64,000 bases of DNA from Azolla caroliniana (lineage: Eukaryota; Plantae; Polypodiophyta). Numbering within the stretch: the stretch's first letter is position 1; each line of letters opens with the position of its first letter. A program made the position numbers and the translations under genes. The notes beneath the pieces are model-generated. The model was not told the origin of the DNA and did no database searches. It was given only the letters and a program-made list of their open reading frames with translations. Positions 12,642 through 26,000 of the stretch are shown here, one piece after another. The stretch spans positions 10,912,001 through 10,976,000 of the forward strand of contig JBHGNT010000010.1 in assembly GCA_043228905.1 (NCBI GenBank). The letters run 5' to 3'.

Positions 12642-13645
12642 TGTAAATATTACATAATTAACTAGGGTTAATTAGTGACTAATTATGTGAGTAGTTCACA
12701 GCGGAAGATTATGTGATATGTGTGCGTATGTGTGTGAGAGGAAGAGAGAGAGGAAGATACACTTATGAACAATAATGTAAATGGGGGATGATTAACTAGA
12801 GTGTATATTAAAAGGTATCATCAAATACAAAAATACCCACAATAAAGTAAATATACATATCATGTACAAGGGTGCACATGTGTGAGTAGAATATGTTGGG
12901 AAACAGGTCCCTCCGGATGGGAAGAGAAGAACCGAGTCGGCCTATTGGCCTCGGCCGAGATCGAAATAGAGAACCGAAATTGATTCGGAAGACTATAATT
13001 GTAAATAGTCTAAAATGCCCCTTGTGTGCCATACTTGTAAATAACCTGAAAGTTATTTTGGTATAAAAACAACTAGGGCAAACTTTATAGATGTGTGTTG
13101 ATCATTAGTTGTTATAGAGTTAGTGGAGGTAGTTACCTCTATGACTGTGAGAGGAAGAGTGTGAGTGTGAGAGTGCAACTCAGTAGCTATCAGATAGAGG
13201 AGAACTCGAGGTCGTTGCCTCTGAGTTCCTCATTGTACTTCTTCCCTACCATAGTGATTTGTTTGGAGTACTCCACGTGGTTTTCCCAATTTGGGTTTCC
13301 ACGTTAAACATCAGGCATCTCTCTGTACTTGTTTTTCCTGTCTTCATGTTTTTCTTGTCTGTGTACTAGCTCTCTTATTTTCTGCACCCGAATACGAACG
13401 TGTAACCAGTTGTGGCTGGTCGATTCCTAAGTCCTATATTAAATGAACATGGGAGTGGAGGATCTACAATGTATCCCACGCAAGTACAAAATCCTATTTA
13501 AGGCTTTAAGGTCAACACACTAACTAGATTCTATCTACGTAACTACTAAATTACATGTGTTGACTAACTAACTAAATCTAGCAGAGCTTGATATCTCATC
13601 ACGCCCCCTCAAGCTCAAGTGTGAGGCGTCCAACATTTAGCCTTA
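12642..13645 (-). mobile_element. Minus-strand Copia 3' end (PPT + LTR), itself interrupted
   Basis: Minus strand reads CTTGAGGGGGCG then TGATGAG at 13601, and ends ...TTTACA at 12642. May belong with the minus integrase fragment at 16330-17414. Confidence 0.55.
12894..13480 (+). mobile_element. Solo LTR related to the 22702-27417 Copia family
   Basis: Starts TGTTGGGAAACAGGTCCCTCCGGATGGGAAG, versus TGTTGGGAGACAAGTCCCTCCGGATGGGAAG at 22702. Shares TAGGGCAAA and CGAGGTCGTTGCCTC blocks. Right end approximate; no TSD seen. Confidence 0.65.
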
Positions 13646-13813
13646 TGGCCTTTTCTAATACTAATGTAATATCTTTTTTGGGAAAAAAGAAAGAAAAAAG
13701 AAAGAAAAAGTGTGAGGCATTTGACGTCCGCTTTGGCTTTCATTGGCTTCCGTCTGGCTTTCGGCTTTCTTCGGCATTTCCGAGGCAGTTTCGGTTCCTC
13801 CCCCTCAACCCGG

Positions 13814-14934
13814 TGTCGTGAAGTACGAAAGCTTCACATTAAAAGTCTACAATAAGATAAATACGTAACTAAAATAACATTTGATAATGTTTTATATATA
13901 AAGATAATATTAACAACACATATGATAATATTAGATATATATGTAAAGAAAACTAATATATATATATATATAGATAAATATATTATATTACACGAACAAG
14001 AGAGGACTTGAACCAATAACCCCACCCTATGACTCTCAAATCTTACCATTTACTCTATACTAGTAATATATATAAAATAAAACATACTTTATATATACTA
14101 TATATTACATAAAGGATTTGCTTCATGATATAAAAATAAAGTTGTATGTTGTATTCAATAGTATTTTGAGACTTAAACCCACAACCTCATACACCAAAGT
14201 CAACACACCTACCATTAGGCTAGGTCCTTTCTCTTTAAGATTATATTTTCATGTTTATTGTTATTGCATATATTGTTTCATACATAAAAGCTCAAATGAG
14301 CGAGATGTTTATCATGCATTGCATGTAATGCATGAACGCCAAATGGCGATCATGCATCACATGCATGTCTTGTACCCTCCAATGCATCATATGCATGGGG
14401 GCACCTATTTAAAGGGTGAAAGAGGAGATCAAAGGGAGATGTGTATGAGATATCAATCAAATATATATTACATAAGAGATATCATAAAATAGTGAAAGAA
14501 AGGAAGAAGTCAAGAAAAACGTGGAGCTAGCTTGGCGGTCGTGGTGGTCAATTCTCAACAAGAGGGAGGCGGTTCGAGCCTTATCTTCATCAAAATATTG
14601 AAGTGAAGATTGTAGTGGTCTACGATCAAGAAAGAGAAGAGCGATTACCTTGCAAGACAAAGTTCGGAGGATCAACGACGTGTACAATCATTTTGTAACT
14701 CTTTCATGAAAATGATTATAAATTTCATACACTTTCTCATATATTATTTTATATCTTATCTTGTCTTATCTTATATTCCTTAAAAATCCTATTTTGTCAT
14801 ATCTTATTGATCTCTATTCACTCCATCTCTACTCTTTCGTCTCTTCCGTCCATAATCCCAGTGATTCCTTCCTCACTTTCACGTTATCCTTTGTGTGCGC
14901 AACGCTACGCTTCTAGGCGAGCCACGTCACGACA
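13814..14934 (+). mobile_element. Solo-LTR-like or TIR element with 4-bp TSD CCGG
   Basis: Ends TGTCGTGA...TCACGACA (8-bp inverted repeat) with CCGG on both flanks (13810-13813, 14935-14938). Internal ATGCAT-rich block and TATTTAAA; non-coding. Confidence 0.75.
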
Positions 14935-15449
14935 CCGGTGACCAAGGCTTGTAGTGTGAAATGGGCGAAGGCCGGCTGCTTCCATCCATCGTGGGGCATG
15001 AGCCGCTTTGATAGAGCTATCAGGCTCTTGTTCGGCCGCCACCTTCATCGCGAAGGCATAATGATGGACCATATACTCATTGTAGCCGAGCCGAGTGACA
15101 GGATTCTTCTCTCTAGATGAGCGTCAAAGTTTTTCTCTTGTCGATGTGAGCGCCTTCTTTACTCCGAGTGTCCGCATGATTGGTACACCCATAGAATGAA
15201 CCATACGTATCATAAGTGCATTCGCATTCGCGAATGATTCAATCATATGTGTATGGTAGATCATCTCAAAGTTGGATTGAATTGACACGTTTGATTGGAT
15301 TGAATATGGTCTATATTATATATTGATTCACTCTCAATCCCAACAAGTGGACTATGTCATTATAAACTATCATCAAACATTCAAAAACTCATAAAGCTTA
15401 TATTCGAGAATATGAAGCAAATATGACACTAACAAAAAATTCTACTAGT

Positions 15450-16006
15450 TCAATTGACGTAGTAATTTGTTTGAGGATTCTCACTAGAATGTGCCTCATT
15501 ACTACCAATAGCATAACTGTCTTCAATATCCTCATCTTGCATACTATTGAGGATATCATTTGAATTTTCAGTATGTAAAATTTCTCGCTCTTTTCGCAAG
15601 TTCAATAACCTTTCAACATCTTCCTCTTTATCAACCATTTCCATTGTAATTTCATTTTGAGATACATTATACATGCTTGAGGTTGAGATACATTATGCAT
15701 TTCATTTTCAGAAATCAATGCAGAAGCAATACTTTGATTTTCATTTTGAATAGATGCATCGACATTTGAAACAACTTCCTCACTTGCAATCCCCATTAAT
15801 CTCTTGATTTGTTGTTTTACATCATTACTTGCATGTTTACATTTCTCCACGCCTTGTCCTCTCAATCCCAATAAGTGGACTCTAATCCGTTGTGGACCAC
15901 CAACATAAGTATGGCTGCAATATCTGCATTGCATCACATGCATACCTTTGGGATGCTTCTTAAGAATCAGGACATGGTTCCATTCTCCACCCTTTTGTCT
16001 ACCCAT
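15450..16006 (-). pseudogene. hAT transposase N-terminal fragment (BED zinc finger)
   Basis: EWNHV...QCRYCSHTYVGGPQRIRVHLLG..GQGVEKC matches the plant hAT BED-finger pattern. Frameshifted, and no catalytic domain follows. Confidence 0.75.
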
Positions 16007-16329
16007 TTGATTACCTAAATTCCACAAAAATTGTAGAGCCAAAGCTACAGAGAATTGAGGACTTACTGATGAAGACAGAAGCAAGTCTGTTTTACATACA
16101 ATTTTGGAATATTTGGGCAAGTTGTATGCTATAGCTGATGCAATGAAGATGTTGGGGCAAGGCGCCTACAACAAAGTCGTAGAGAGAGAGAGAGAGAGAG
16201 AGAAGAGGGGGGAGAGGGAGCGAGATAGAGAAACAGAGAAATAACATCACTTCAAAAAAAAATACAAAAAAGGGGAAAAAAAAAGGAACACGCATTTTCC
16301 CCGTTTCAAACATGTTCGTTTCCAAACGC

Positions 16330-17414
16330 ATTCAAATGTTTGGATGCCTCCACGAACACGAATATTACGTTCTATGGGTACACCAAACTCATTGTCTAGT
16401 GAATGAGCCGACATAGCCGAATCATTGTTGTCCGGTTGGTTGACTTCGTATTGAGGCATCTTACCTTTGCCTTTGTCCAAGTTCGTACTTGGCCACGACG
16501 TGCTTGGAATGCTTGAAGGCTCGGGCGGGCTTGGATTGTACTTTGGTAGAGGACTTGTCCGAATATCGTCCTCCGAGTTCACATTCACCTCTTCCTCAGT
16601 CGGGTCGGGTGGAGCCAAATTAGGCTTATACTATGATGTTGATTCGTCGAAGACTACGTCTCGAGTCACCCGAACAGCTCAGGTTGAAGGGTTATAGCAC
16701 TTGTATGCCTTCTTCTCGGACGAGTATCCTGCGATGATACATTTCTCCGACTTCGCATTGAGCTTCCATCGGTTTTCGTTCAGGATGCGTACATTCCCAA
16801 TGCTTTTGAACACCTTGAGGTGTGACAGGATTGGCTTCCTTCCGAGAAGGAGCTCATATGGAGTTAGCTCATGTACTCTATTAGTGGTGCATCAATTCAT
16901 AAGATAGACGGTTGTGGATGCCGCTTCGGCCCAATAGAGGTTTGGCATGTGCTTCTCATGCATCATGGCAGGTGCTACCTCGAGTATGTGTCGATTCTTT
17001 CGGCGACTCCATTTTGTTGGGGGGGGTGTTGGCATGAGAATTCTCTCCGAATTCCTTCACCTTAGAGGTAGGAGATGAATTCGTCGGAGAAGTACTCCTT
17101 GCCTCCATCCGATCATAGGCATCGAATGTGCCGACCAGTTTCTTTTTCGACTTGGCCCTTGAGCTTTTGGAAGTGAGAGAGCACTTTGATCTTCTTCTTC
17201 ATCGGGAAGATCCACATGTAGCAGGAGTAGTCGTCGATGAAGGTGACGTAGTATTGGCATCCGCCGATCATCGGTGTTTGAGCCAGTCCCCATAAATCTG
17301 AATGTATGACGTCGAGGACGCCTTTGCTTGTGTAGCTCTCATTTGGGAATGGGAGTCGGTCGATGTTGTTTGCCGAGTTGACATGCTTCGGGTGAAAGCA
17401 TGCAAGTGGAAACA
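16330..17414 (-). pseudogene. Copia integrase fragment
   Basis: DVIHSDLWG...YYVTFIDDYS and RSDGGKEY, followed by a low-complexity linker (PPDPTEEE...). Confidence 0.85.
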
Positions 17415-17624
17415 ATTAGCTATGTCAAGGACATAGCTAATTAGCTATGCAAAAATCTCCATTGAAAATAGTAGAGAGTTTTAATTATATAAATGTGCAA
17501 CATAAACGTGCAACATAAATTGATATGTGCACCATAAATTATATACCGAATTCTTAGATCCATTATGCATGGTCCTTTGCCACATCACATGGGCCATCTT
17601 TGGTTGAGTATTCTGGTTTAGATT

Positions 17625-18405
17625 ACTACCATTGTTGCTAAACCCTATTGAGTCCACTCCTCCATTGCCGCCATTCTACACTCAATTACCGGCACTGTGT
17701 GGTCCAAGTATCATCTGCCACTGTTTGATCCGACGGAGTTCACTCCTACATTGCCGCCATTCTACACTCAGTTGCTGCCATTGTTCAGTCCAAGCATCAT
17801 CTGCCAAGTTCAATCCTCCATTGCAGCCACTCTACACTCAGTTGTCGCTACTGTGAAGGTTGTATTTTACTGCCACTTTTCGATCTGACGGAGTTAACTC
17901 CTTCTCCACTGCCGCCATTATACTCTCAGTTGCCATCATTGTGTGTTCCAAGCATCATCTGCCATTGTTCGATCTGACGGAGTTCACGCCTCCATTGCCA
18001 TCATTCTACACTTAATTGCCGATACTGTTCGGTCTTGGATTGCTGCCACTTTTCGATTTGACGAAGTTCACTCATCCATTGCCATCATTCTACACTTAGT
18101 TGCCGCTACTGTTCGGTGGTGTATTGTTGCCACTTTTCGATCTGAAGGAGTTCACTCCTTCGCCATTTTTGCCATTCTACTCTCAGTTGTCATCACTGTG
18201 TGTTCCAAGCATCATTTGCCACTGTTCGATCCAACGGAATTCACTCCTCCATTGCCATCATTCTACACTCAATTGCCGCCATTGTTCGGTCCTGGATTGT
18301 TAAAATTATTCGATCAAACGGAGTTCACTCCTCCATTGCCGCCATTCTACACTCAGTTGCCGCCACTATTCGGCCCTGGATTACCGCCATTGTTCGGTCT
18401 TGGAT
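17625..18405 (+). repeat. Degenerate ~60-bp tandem repeat (CTGTTCGATCTGACGGAGTTCACTCCTCCATTGCCGCCATTCTACACTCAGTTGCCGCCA)
   Basis: About 12 units visible; translates as LFDPTEFTPPLPPFYTQLPP repeats in shifting frames. Confidence 0.9.
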
Positions 18406-18794
18406 TTAAATAACTATTCTGTCTATTGATTATCTTGTGTATTGTTGTGTATAATCTTGTGTATTGCGGAATATTTTTGTGTATTGTTGTTGCCCATAGC
18501 CATCTTTAATACGTGTCTTTTTTTTCGGGAAAATTAGGATTTAAACCCGTCGAGCCAAATGGAAGGGGAAGGAGGGTGTTTAGAATTACCCCTCAATGAT
18601 CATCAGGATAGGGATGACGTAATCAGGACACAACAAGCGATACGAAAGTATTGGGCAGAAAAAAAAAAAAAACATCGCCAATTGTTGAAGGATACGAAAG
18701 CCACACTCACTAAAGGTAAAGATAGTATTGGACGCGATATAGGTCTAAATATCACTGAGAATGGAAGTAATGAGACTACTATCATATGAGACTA

Positions 18795-19215
18795 CTACCA
18801 CTTAGCTAATTAGCTGCTCAGCTAAAGTATGGTAGTAGCTAATTAACTAAGTGGTAGCTAATTAGCTATTGTACTAAACTATGATAGTCACTAATTAGCT
18901 ACCACTTAGCTAATTAGCTAATGTACTACACTATGGTAGTAGCTAATTAGCTATTGTATTAAACTATGGTAGTAGCTAATTAGCTACCACTTAGCTAATT
19001 AGCTACTCAACTAAAGTATGGTAGTAGCTAATTAGCTACCACTTAGCTTATTAGCTACTGTACTAAACTATGGTAGTAGCTAATTAGCTACCACTTACCT
19101 AATTAACTATTGTACTAAACTATGGTAGTAGCTAATTAGCTACCACTTAGCTAATTAGCTATGGTACTAAACTATGGTAGTAGCTAATTAGCTACCGCTT
19201 AGCCATAGAGCTAAT
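18795..19215. repeat. Palindromic minisatellite, 52-bp unit with two TAGCTAATTAGCTA palindromes
   Basis: Unit ACTAAACTATGGTAGTAGCTAATTAGCTACCACTTAGCTAATTAGCTATTGT recurs at 19061, 19113 and 19165 (period 52). Confidence 0.95.
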
Positions 19216-19256
19216 CAGTATGTCCATTTTATTATGCGGGTCGTTTTATTTATTAG

Positions 19257-21077
19257 GTTCAAGCGAATGCATCCAAATATCAAAGTTCAACTACGAACAT
19301 TCGAGTCTATTAAGCCACACTTTGTGAGACGCTTGAAGGATCGATACACATGTTGTTGCATTTACCATGTACAAATGGGTTTTCTCAAGGACTCTGTTAA
19401 TCTACTACGTCACCATAGCACCTCCCTAACAAATGCAGTTTGCACTTGTGAGTGCCCAATTTGTCGATCAAGCCCGCATGAGCACTGTAAATCATCTGAG
19501 CATGTTATCTCTTCCATGAGTTGTCTTCTAGATTCAATATTGTGTCTGAGAGAAACTAAGGCCATCTTCCACGGTCATAAATTCATGGGTTTATGTCAAG
19601 ATTGTGGCCCTAGTAGATTTAGGTGGTGTCCAAATGAATTGAGTAGTGAAATATTAATCTTTGTCAAGTTATTTGAGTTAGTTGACACCAATTTCAAAGG
19701 AATGGTATGTAAAAGAAAGGATCTAGTTAGGAAGTTGCTTAAACCAAGTGATTTGGCGTCTCTATTTGTAGTATCTCTAGCAAAGTTCATTAAACACAAC
19801 TTCATTTATTCATGGCAAGCCCATCAGTTTAAGACTTGCATATCTGATTTTCCAAATGATGTAGTAGTCTCAATAGTAGATTTCGTAGAGAATTATACTT
19901 TCAAGCAGCAGAATGAAATTCAATCTATGCATTGGTGTTCAACGCAGGTAACCATTTTTGTGCACATAACATATTTTCGAGTTTCAGGTGATGTTAAAAA
20001 AGTAATTCATTTTTTTATTTATGATGATAAGAAGCATGATACCTTGTTCGTCCAACATTGTTTTAACTTACATTGGCAATGGTTATTAGCTAAACATTTG
20101 GAGCTTACTCAACATTGGATCTGGTCTGATGGAGCTACATCACAATTCAAGGGTAGACGTCCATTTTATTTGTGGGGAGGTATCCTGTTATAACAGGTTT
20201 GGAGATGAGATGGAATTTTTTTGGGTCTGGCCATGGTAAAGGTGAACATGATGGTGCAAGTGTTGTTATAAAGCGGGCAGTTACCCATGAACAACTAAAG
20301 GCAAATGGTGTGCAGATGAATTGTGCAGCACATGTAGTTGAATTTTTAAGAGCTAATATGTCAACGAGTGCAACTAGTGTTTATTCCTCACAGGTCCGAG
20401 ATATCAAACGTGAATTTTGGGAAGTGAAGATAGATGAAGTAAATAGGGAGAAGACCTGGGAGTGCCAAGGAATTCCCGAATTGCGATCTCTCCATGTTGT
20501 TCGCAGTTATTCTAGGTTGGATGGTCATTGTATTGTGGTTAGAGAATTAACTTGTTTTTGCTTCCATTGTGTGCAAGGAAATTGGAGGTATTGTTTAAAC
20601 AAAGCATATATTCAGAATTGGGAGTATCATACATTGAAAGATAAGGAAGCAGTTGATGGAGAAATAGAAAACAATGTTGATTTCACATATCAAGGACGTG
20701 GAGATACTCTAAGTGATGTCTTAAATGTTGGGGATAATTTCACTGTAAATGTAGAAGAAGGCAATTCAGAGTGTGTTGATTTCTATATATTGAAGTGCAC
20801 GGTTAGTAAACAGTGTGCAATGCAAAATATATTAGATGCTTGGGGAAATGTTGTATCTACCGGGATATTCTACATCGAAGGTATTTTTTATGAAAGACTA
20901 GATGATTACGATTATGTGTATAGGCTATTAGAAGACAAACCAGTGGCGTACATGTACTCTCATTTGGTCAGGTGCATCAATGTCCCAATGTTGCAATACA
21001 ATAGCTGCTCCGGTTTATACACAGTTAGTGCTAATGTGTATGAATGTATTTACAACAGTATGTCATGGAATCTATAG
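19257..21077 (+). pseudogene. Sola2-type DDD transposase (one frameshift near 20175)
   Basis: Motifs TCCCIYH, VDFVENY..KQQNEIQSMHW...QVT, DDKKHD, WSDGATSQFK and WNFFGSGHGKGEHDG across ORFs 19234-20193 and 20172-21077. Probable acceptor TTATTAG|G at 19256. Family assignment is from recalled motifs. Confidence 0.75.
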
Positions 21078-22784
21078 TTACAAGTAGCAATTACCAGTTT
21101 TCTTGTAAAACAAACAAAGCACATGTATTGCAAATAAACAGTTTAATGGACCTGTTTGGGAGTTTTTTTTTTGATATACAGTCTACTTTTTGTGCTTCTT
21201 TCTCAACAAAATCATGTGTCATTTTTATATACAGTCTTCTTTCTGATATACAGTTTAATAATATCTTTTAGGGTTCTTCTTTTTGAGATACAGATTTACT
21301 CAAGTGAACCATGTACAAGTTAAAATAGTTTGCATATAAGAAAAAGCACTATCATGAAATCAGAAATTTAATTACACAATAGATAAGTTACTCAAAACAA
21401 GCAATTTAATTCTTCATTGATTAAGTGGTAGCAAATTACATATTTATAACATCCCATTGCCAATGTCTTCAAATCGCCTATAAACAGCTAAGCTCTTGCT
21501 AGTCAGTGGAACTTCTCTACATATATGATCTGCATACCGAGCTCGGTATGGACTCCACAACCATGTAGTTAGTTGGCAGGTCAATGTTTTCACCAAATAG
21601 TGTTCAAGCATTTCATCGGGTAGAATGAGACAGCATCTGCGAACGTTGAAGTAATGTTGGAAATGTTCTGTATCTAGAATCAACGTATTGTCGGCATTAT
21701 AATCTGGCCAAGTGTCCCAAAAATCAGAAAGTCTTTTGAATCTTGCAACATCCTTCTACTCACAATTCTCTCGTGTCCATTGACCCTTGAAATGTTGTCA
21801 CCACTTCGAGAAGAATCTTTCTACACACTTCCACACATCTGTACGTGGTTTTTCGCTCCAAATAAACAAATCAAAGTATTGCACAGCCCACTCCAGAAAT
21901 TGATTTATGTCCCCCCTTGGTGTCTTATATCGCACACTCATCGAGACTTTATCAAGCTCCAAGATCAAGGCTCTTCTTTCGACTTCTAATGGTTTAGGTT
22001 TCCATTCCTGTAATTAACCCTCTGATACACCAATTATTGGTAGCACACGATCAATTTCAATCAACTCAGGTTTTGTCGACACAATTGGTGTCCTTTTCCT
22101 CTTCAATCCCCTGGTCGACTGTGTTGGGCCTGGCTTCACATTCTAGTGCTCTTGTGTTGTCGACTTAGTCATTAGCTCGGTGCATGTAGATACTGATCTG
22201 GTCGATATCAGCCCACTGGTATCACATGTTGCATCTACCTACAAAATCAGATCATCTGTGCAACATGCTTGATCAACTTGCATGAACAAATCATTTATGT
22301 CAGTTGTTACATCTACTTTCAAGATGTGGCCCTCTAAACATGCAACAACATCAACAGTTTCCACACTGCCATCGGCCTTAGGAGCAATAGATTCAAACCC
22401 TTTAGACTCTGGAACATCAGAAAACACCAACATATTCACACTCACAAAGTAACTAACAGTCTCACAAAACAACATAATGAACATGAAATATTTTCCATCA
22501 TAGAACAACATGAACATAATTATCTTGGAGAAACATCATAGAGTTCCATTATATAATGTGCTTAGAGAAACAACCAATCTGAGGTTTTACTTGTCCAAAT
22601 AGATCATAGTAAAACTTCATAAAACCCTAGGAAAATCGCTAACAATCATATCCCACTAATAAGTATTTCGCTCCAATTCAAGAGCCCCTTGACCAAGTAA
22701 TTGTTGGGAGACAAGTCCCTCCGGATGGGAAGGGAGAAGAACTGTGCCGATGAACAAACTCGGCCGAGGCCGAAACCGTATGAG

Positions 22785-23080
22785 GACCCGGCTACGGAGA
22801 GCCGGATGGTGCAGACCCGGTATGAACCGGATGAGGAGTACTCGGCTACGGAGAGCCGGATGGTGCAGACCCGGTATGAACCGGATGAGGAGTACCCAGC
22901 TACGGAGAGCCGGATGATACAGACCCGGTGAAGACCGGATGAAGAGTACCCGGCTACGGAGAGCCGGATGGTGCAGACCCGGTATGAACCGGATGAGGAG
23001 TACCCAGCTACGGAGAGTTGGATGATACAGACCCGGTGAAGACTGGATGAAGAGTACCCGGCTACGGAGAACCGGATGAA
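22785..23080 (+). repeat. 54-bp tandem repeat in 5' LTR (~6 units)
   Basis: GCTACGGAGA recurs every 54 bp from 22791 to 23061. Confidence 0.92.
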
Positions 23081-26000
23081 GAGACATATTCGTAAATATG
23101 TTTCTGAGAGTCCATCGAGGCTATATTTGTAAATAGCCGAAAAGTCATATTAGTATAAATATGACTTAGGGCAAACTTTTAGGTGTTGTCGTCATTTTTT
23201 GTTGGTGCAAGAAGAAGAGAGAGCACGTAACAGTGTACCTATGGCGAAGATAGTGAGCACGAGGTCGTTGCCTCCGTGAACTCACTGTTTTTGTACATTC
23301 CAACGTAGTGATAGTTTGCAGCCTGTGGGCTGCCGTGGCTTTTCCCTTAGTGTGGGTTTTCCATGTAAAGATCCTGTGCACTCGTTTCTTCTTCGTGTAG
23401 TGCTTTATTTCTTGTTTTCTATGTATGATTCTAAGCTCGGTTGTGGCCGAGCGTTGCACATAAGGAGTGTTGAGTTCCCGTCAAGTGGTATTAGAGCGAA
23501 ACAACACAGAAATATGGACGAATCGTTTGGCGGCATGTTCAAGCTCACCGGCTCCAACTATTCGGTATGGAAGTCGAAGATGAGGGACATGCTCGTGGTT
23601 AAAGACCTCTGGCTGCCGGTTCAGTTCGGGGACAAGAGACCGGAAAAAATCGACGCCGCGATATGGGAGGTGATGCACATGAAGACAACGGCGTACATAC
23701 GGTGCTTCATCGACATGAGCCTGTACAACAACTTCAATGAAGAGAGCCAGGCTCATGAGCTCTGGGAGAAGATCGGCATAATGTTTCAAAACAAAAATGT
23801 TGTTAATCAGGTTTTGGTATTCCGGAAGCTAGTAAGACTCCGGTACCAAGATGGCTCCAGCATGGCGGAGCACATGAATGCCTTCCAGGGGGGCTGATAC
23901 ACCAGGCAACATCATTGGAAGTACCTCTCGCCGACGAGGTACTAGCACTACTCCTGCTCGGTTCCCTCCCGGATAGCTGGGAGACGTTGGTCGTCACTTT
24001 GGGCAACGCCGGGCCGGAAGGAAAACGGTTATCCCTAGCAAGAGTGAAGTCGAGCTTGCTGGATGAGGAGGCGCGTCGGAAAGATAAGGATACGAGCTCT
24101 GACTCCAAAGCGCTCCTTACCGAATCGGAACGCGGAAGACATAGAAACTGTAGTCCCTAGAACCGGGAGAAGTCGGGGACATGGTCAAAGTCAAGGGGGA
24201 GGCCTACTTGCTTCTATTGCGGCAAGCCGGGACACTTCCAAAAGAACTGTCGGCATTTCCGAAAAGATAAGGAGACTGATGGTACCGATTCGAAGCGGAC
24301 CCCGGACCAGAACGGTAAAGACCGGAGGGGGCCGGACCGGAAGGGGACGACGGCAATCGCGGCAAGTGAAGAAGAGTTGATGCTCATCATCGAGGAGAGT
24401 GAGATAAACCTTGCCGGCGACGAGATGACCTGGGTGGTAGACTCCGGAGCGTCGTTCCACCTTACCCCGGACCGGAAATGCTTCTCATCCTACTCAACCG
24501 GTGATCACGGCTGTGTCCGGATGGGGAATGAAGGTACATGCCGAATTGTCGGCATAGGAGACGTGTGGCTGTCGACACCAACCGGATGCAAGTTGCTGCT
24601 GAGGGATGTCCGACATGTTCCGGAGGTTCGACTGAACCTGATATCAGCCGGTTGGCTAGATGATGAGGGCTACACGGGTAGCATCCGGAACGGTGTCATG
24701 AAGTTCAGCAAAGGGAGCCTGATTGTGGCTCGGGCCCGGAAGGTAAACACACTATACCTGATGAATGCCCGGTTATGCCCGGAAGAAGTGAACATGGCAT
24801 CCGACACTGCCGGTGAGCTGTGGCACAAGAGGCTGTGTCATATGAGCGAGAAGGGGATGAAGAGGCTTGCAGACGAAAACCTCATTCTAGTGAAGAACGT
24901 GCACTTAGAGAAGTGCACTGATTGTTTGGCCGGTAAGCAGAACCGGACCTCCTTCCGACCAAGGCCACCGATGAGACGTAATGCACCACTGGAGTTGGTG
25001 CATACGGATGTGTGTCAAGTAGACACGAAGTCACATGCCGGAGCGCAGTACTTCGTGACGTTCATAGATGACCACAGCCGGAAGCTGTGGGCCACACCGT
25101 TGAAGACGAAGGATCAGGTGTTATCCGTCTTCAAAGAGCTCCACGCGAGAGTGGAAAGAGAAACCAGTCGGAAACTGAAGCAGATAACGGAGGAGAGTAC
25201 CGGGGGCAGTTCGAGGAGTACTGCCGCTCGAAGGGAATCCGGCTCGAATTTATCGTGCCGAAGACGCCGGAACTAAACGGACTGGCCGAGAGGATGAACC
25301 GGACCATAATGGAGAGGGTCCGGAGTATGCTAGCGCATGCAAAACTACCCAATAAGTTTTGGGCTGAGGCACTGTCGACGGCGACATATGTGATAAATAG
25401 ATCACCCTCAGTACCCTTGGACGAAGGCACACCACAGAGAGTGTGGACCGGTAAGGAAGTATCCTACTGGCATCTGAAGGTGTTCGGGTGTCTCGCGTAC
25501 GTGCATGTAGCTAAGGACTGGAGAGGAAAGTTAGATCCAAAGACCCGGCCATGCATATTCCTCGGTTACGGTGACGATGAGTTCGGCTACCGAGTGTGGG
25601 ACCTGGTCGACAAGAAGGTATTCTGAAGTCGAGATATTATCTTCATGGAGAACAAGACGCTCGCCGACTGGGAGTCGGAGAAGAAGATAATGAACTCTGA
25701 GTCGACCTGTAAGGATCAACTCTACGATGAGCAGACCCAACCGGCAAGAGACTGGTTAGCACTCGAGGGACCAGCCGATTACGGTGAGGATACCGAACAG
25801 GCTGAAGAAGAAGTAGAGGAAGCTGAAACCGGAACCGGCCAAGACCCCGAATCGGATTCGGATGAAGAACAGATGGATGAGCCGGTCACCAAAGCCCAGA
25901 GACGGAGATATCCTCTCAGAGAGAGAAGGGCCCCCCAGAGATTTCCGAATGCAGATCATGTTCTGCTAACCGATGAGGGGGAGCCGGAAAGCTTCGAAGA

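Noticed and set aside
17632-18413. Proline-rich extensin-like protein
   Set aside because: The frame shifts between units and no continuous ORF or signal peptide exists; treated as a tandem repeat.
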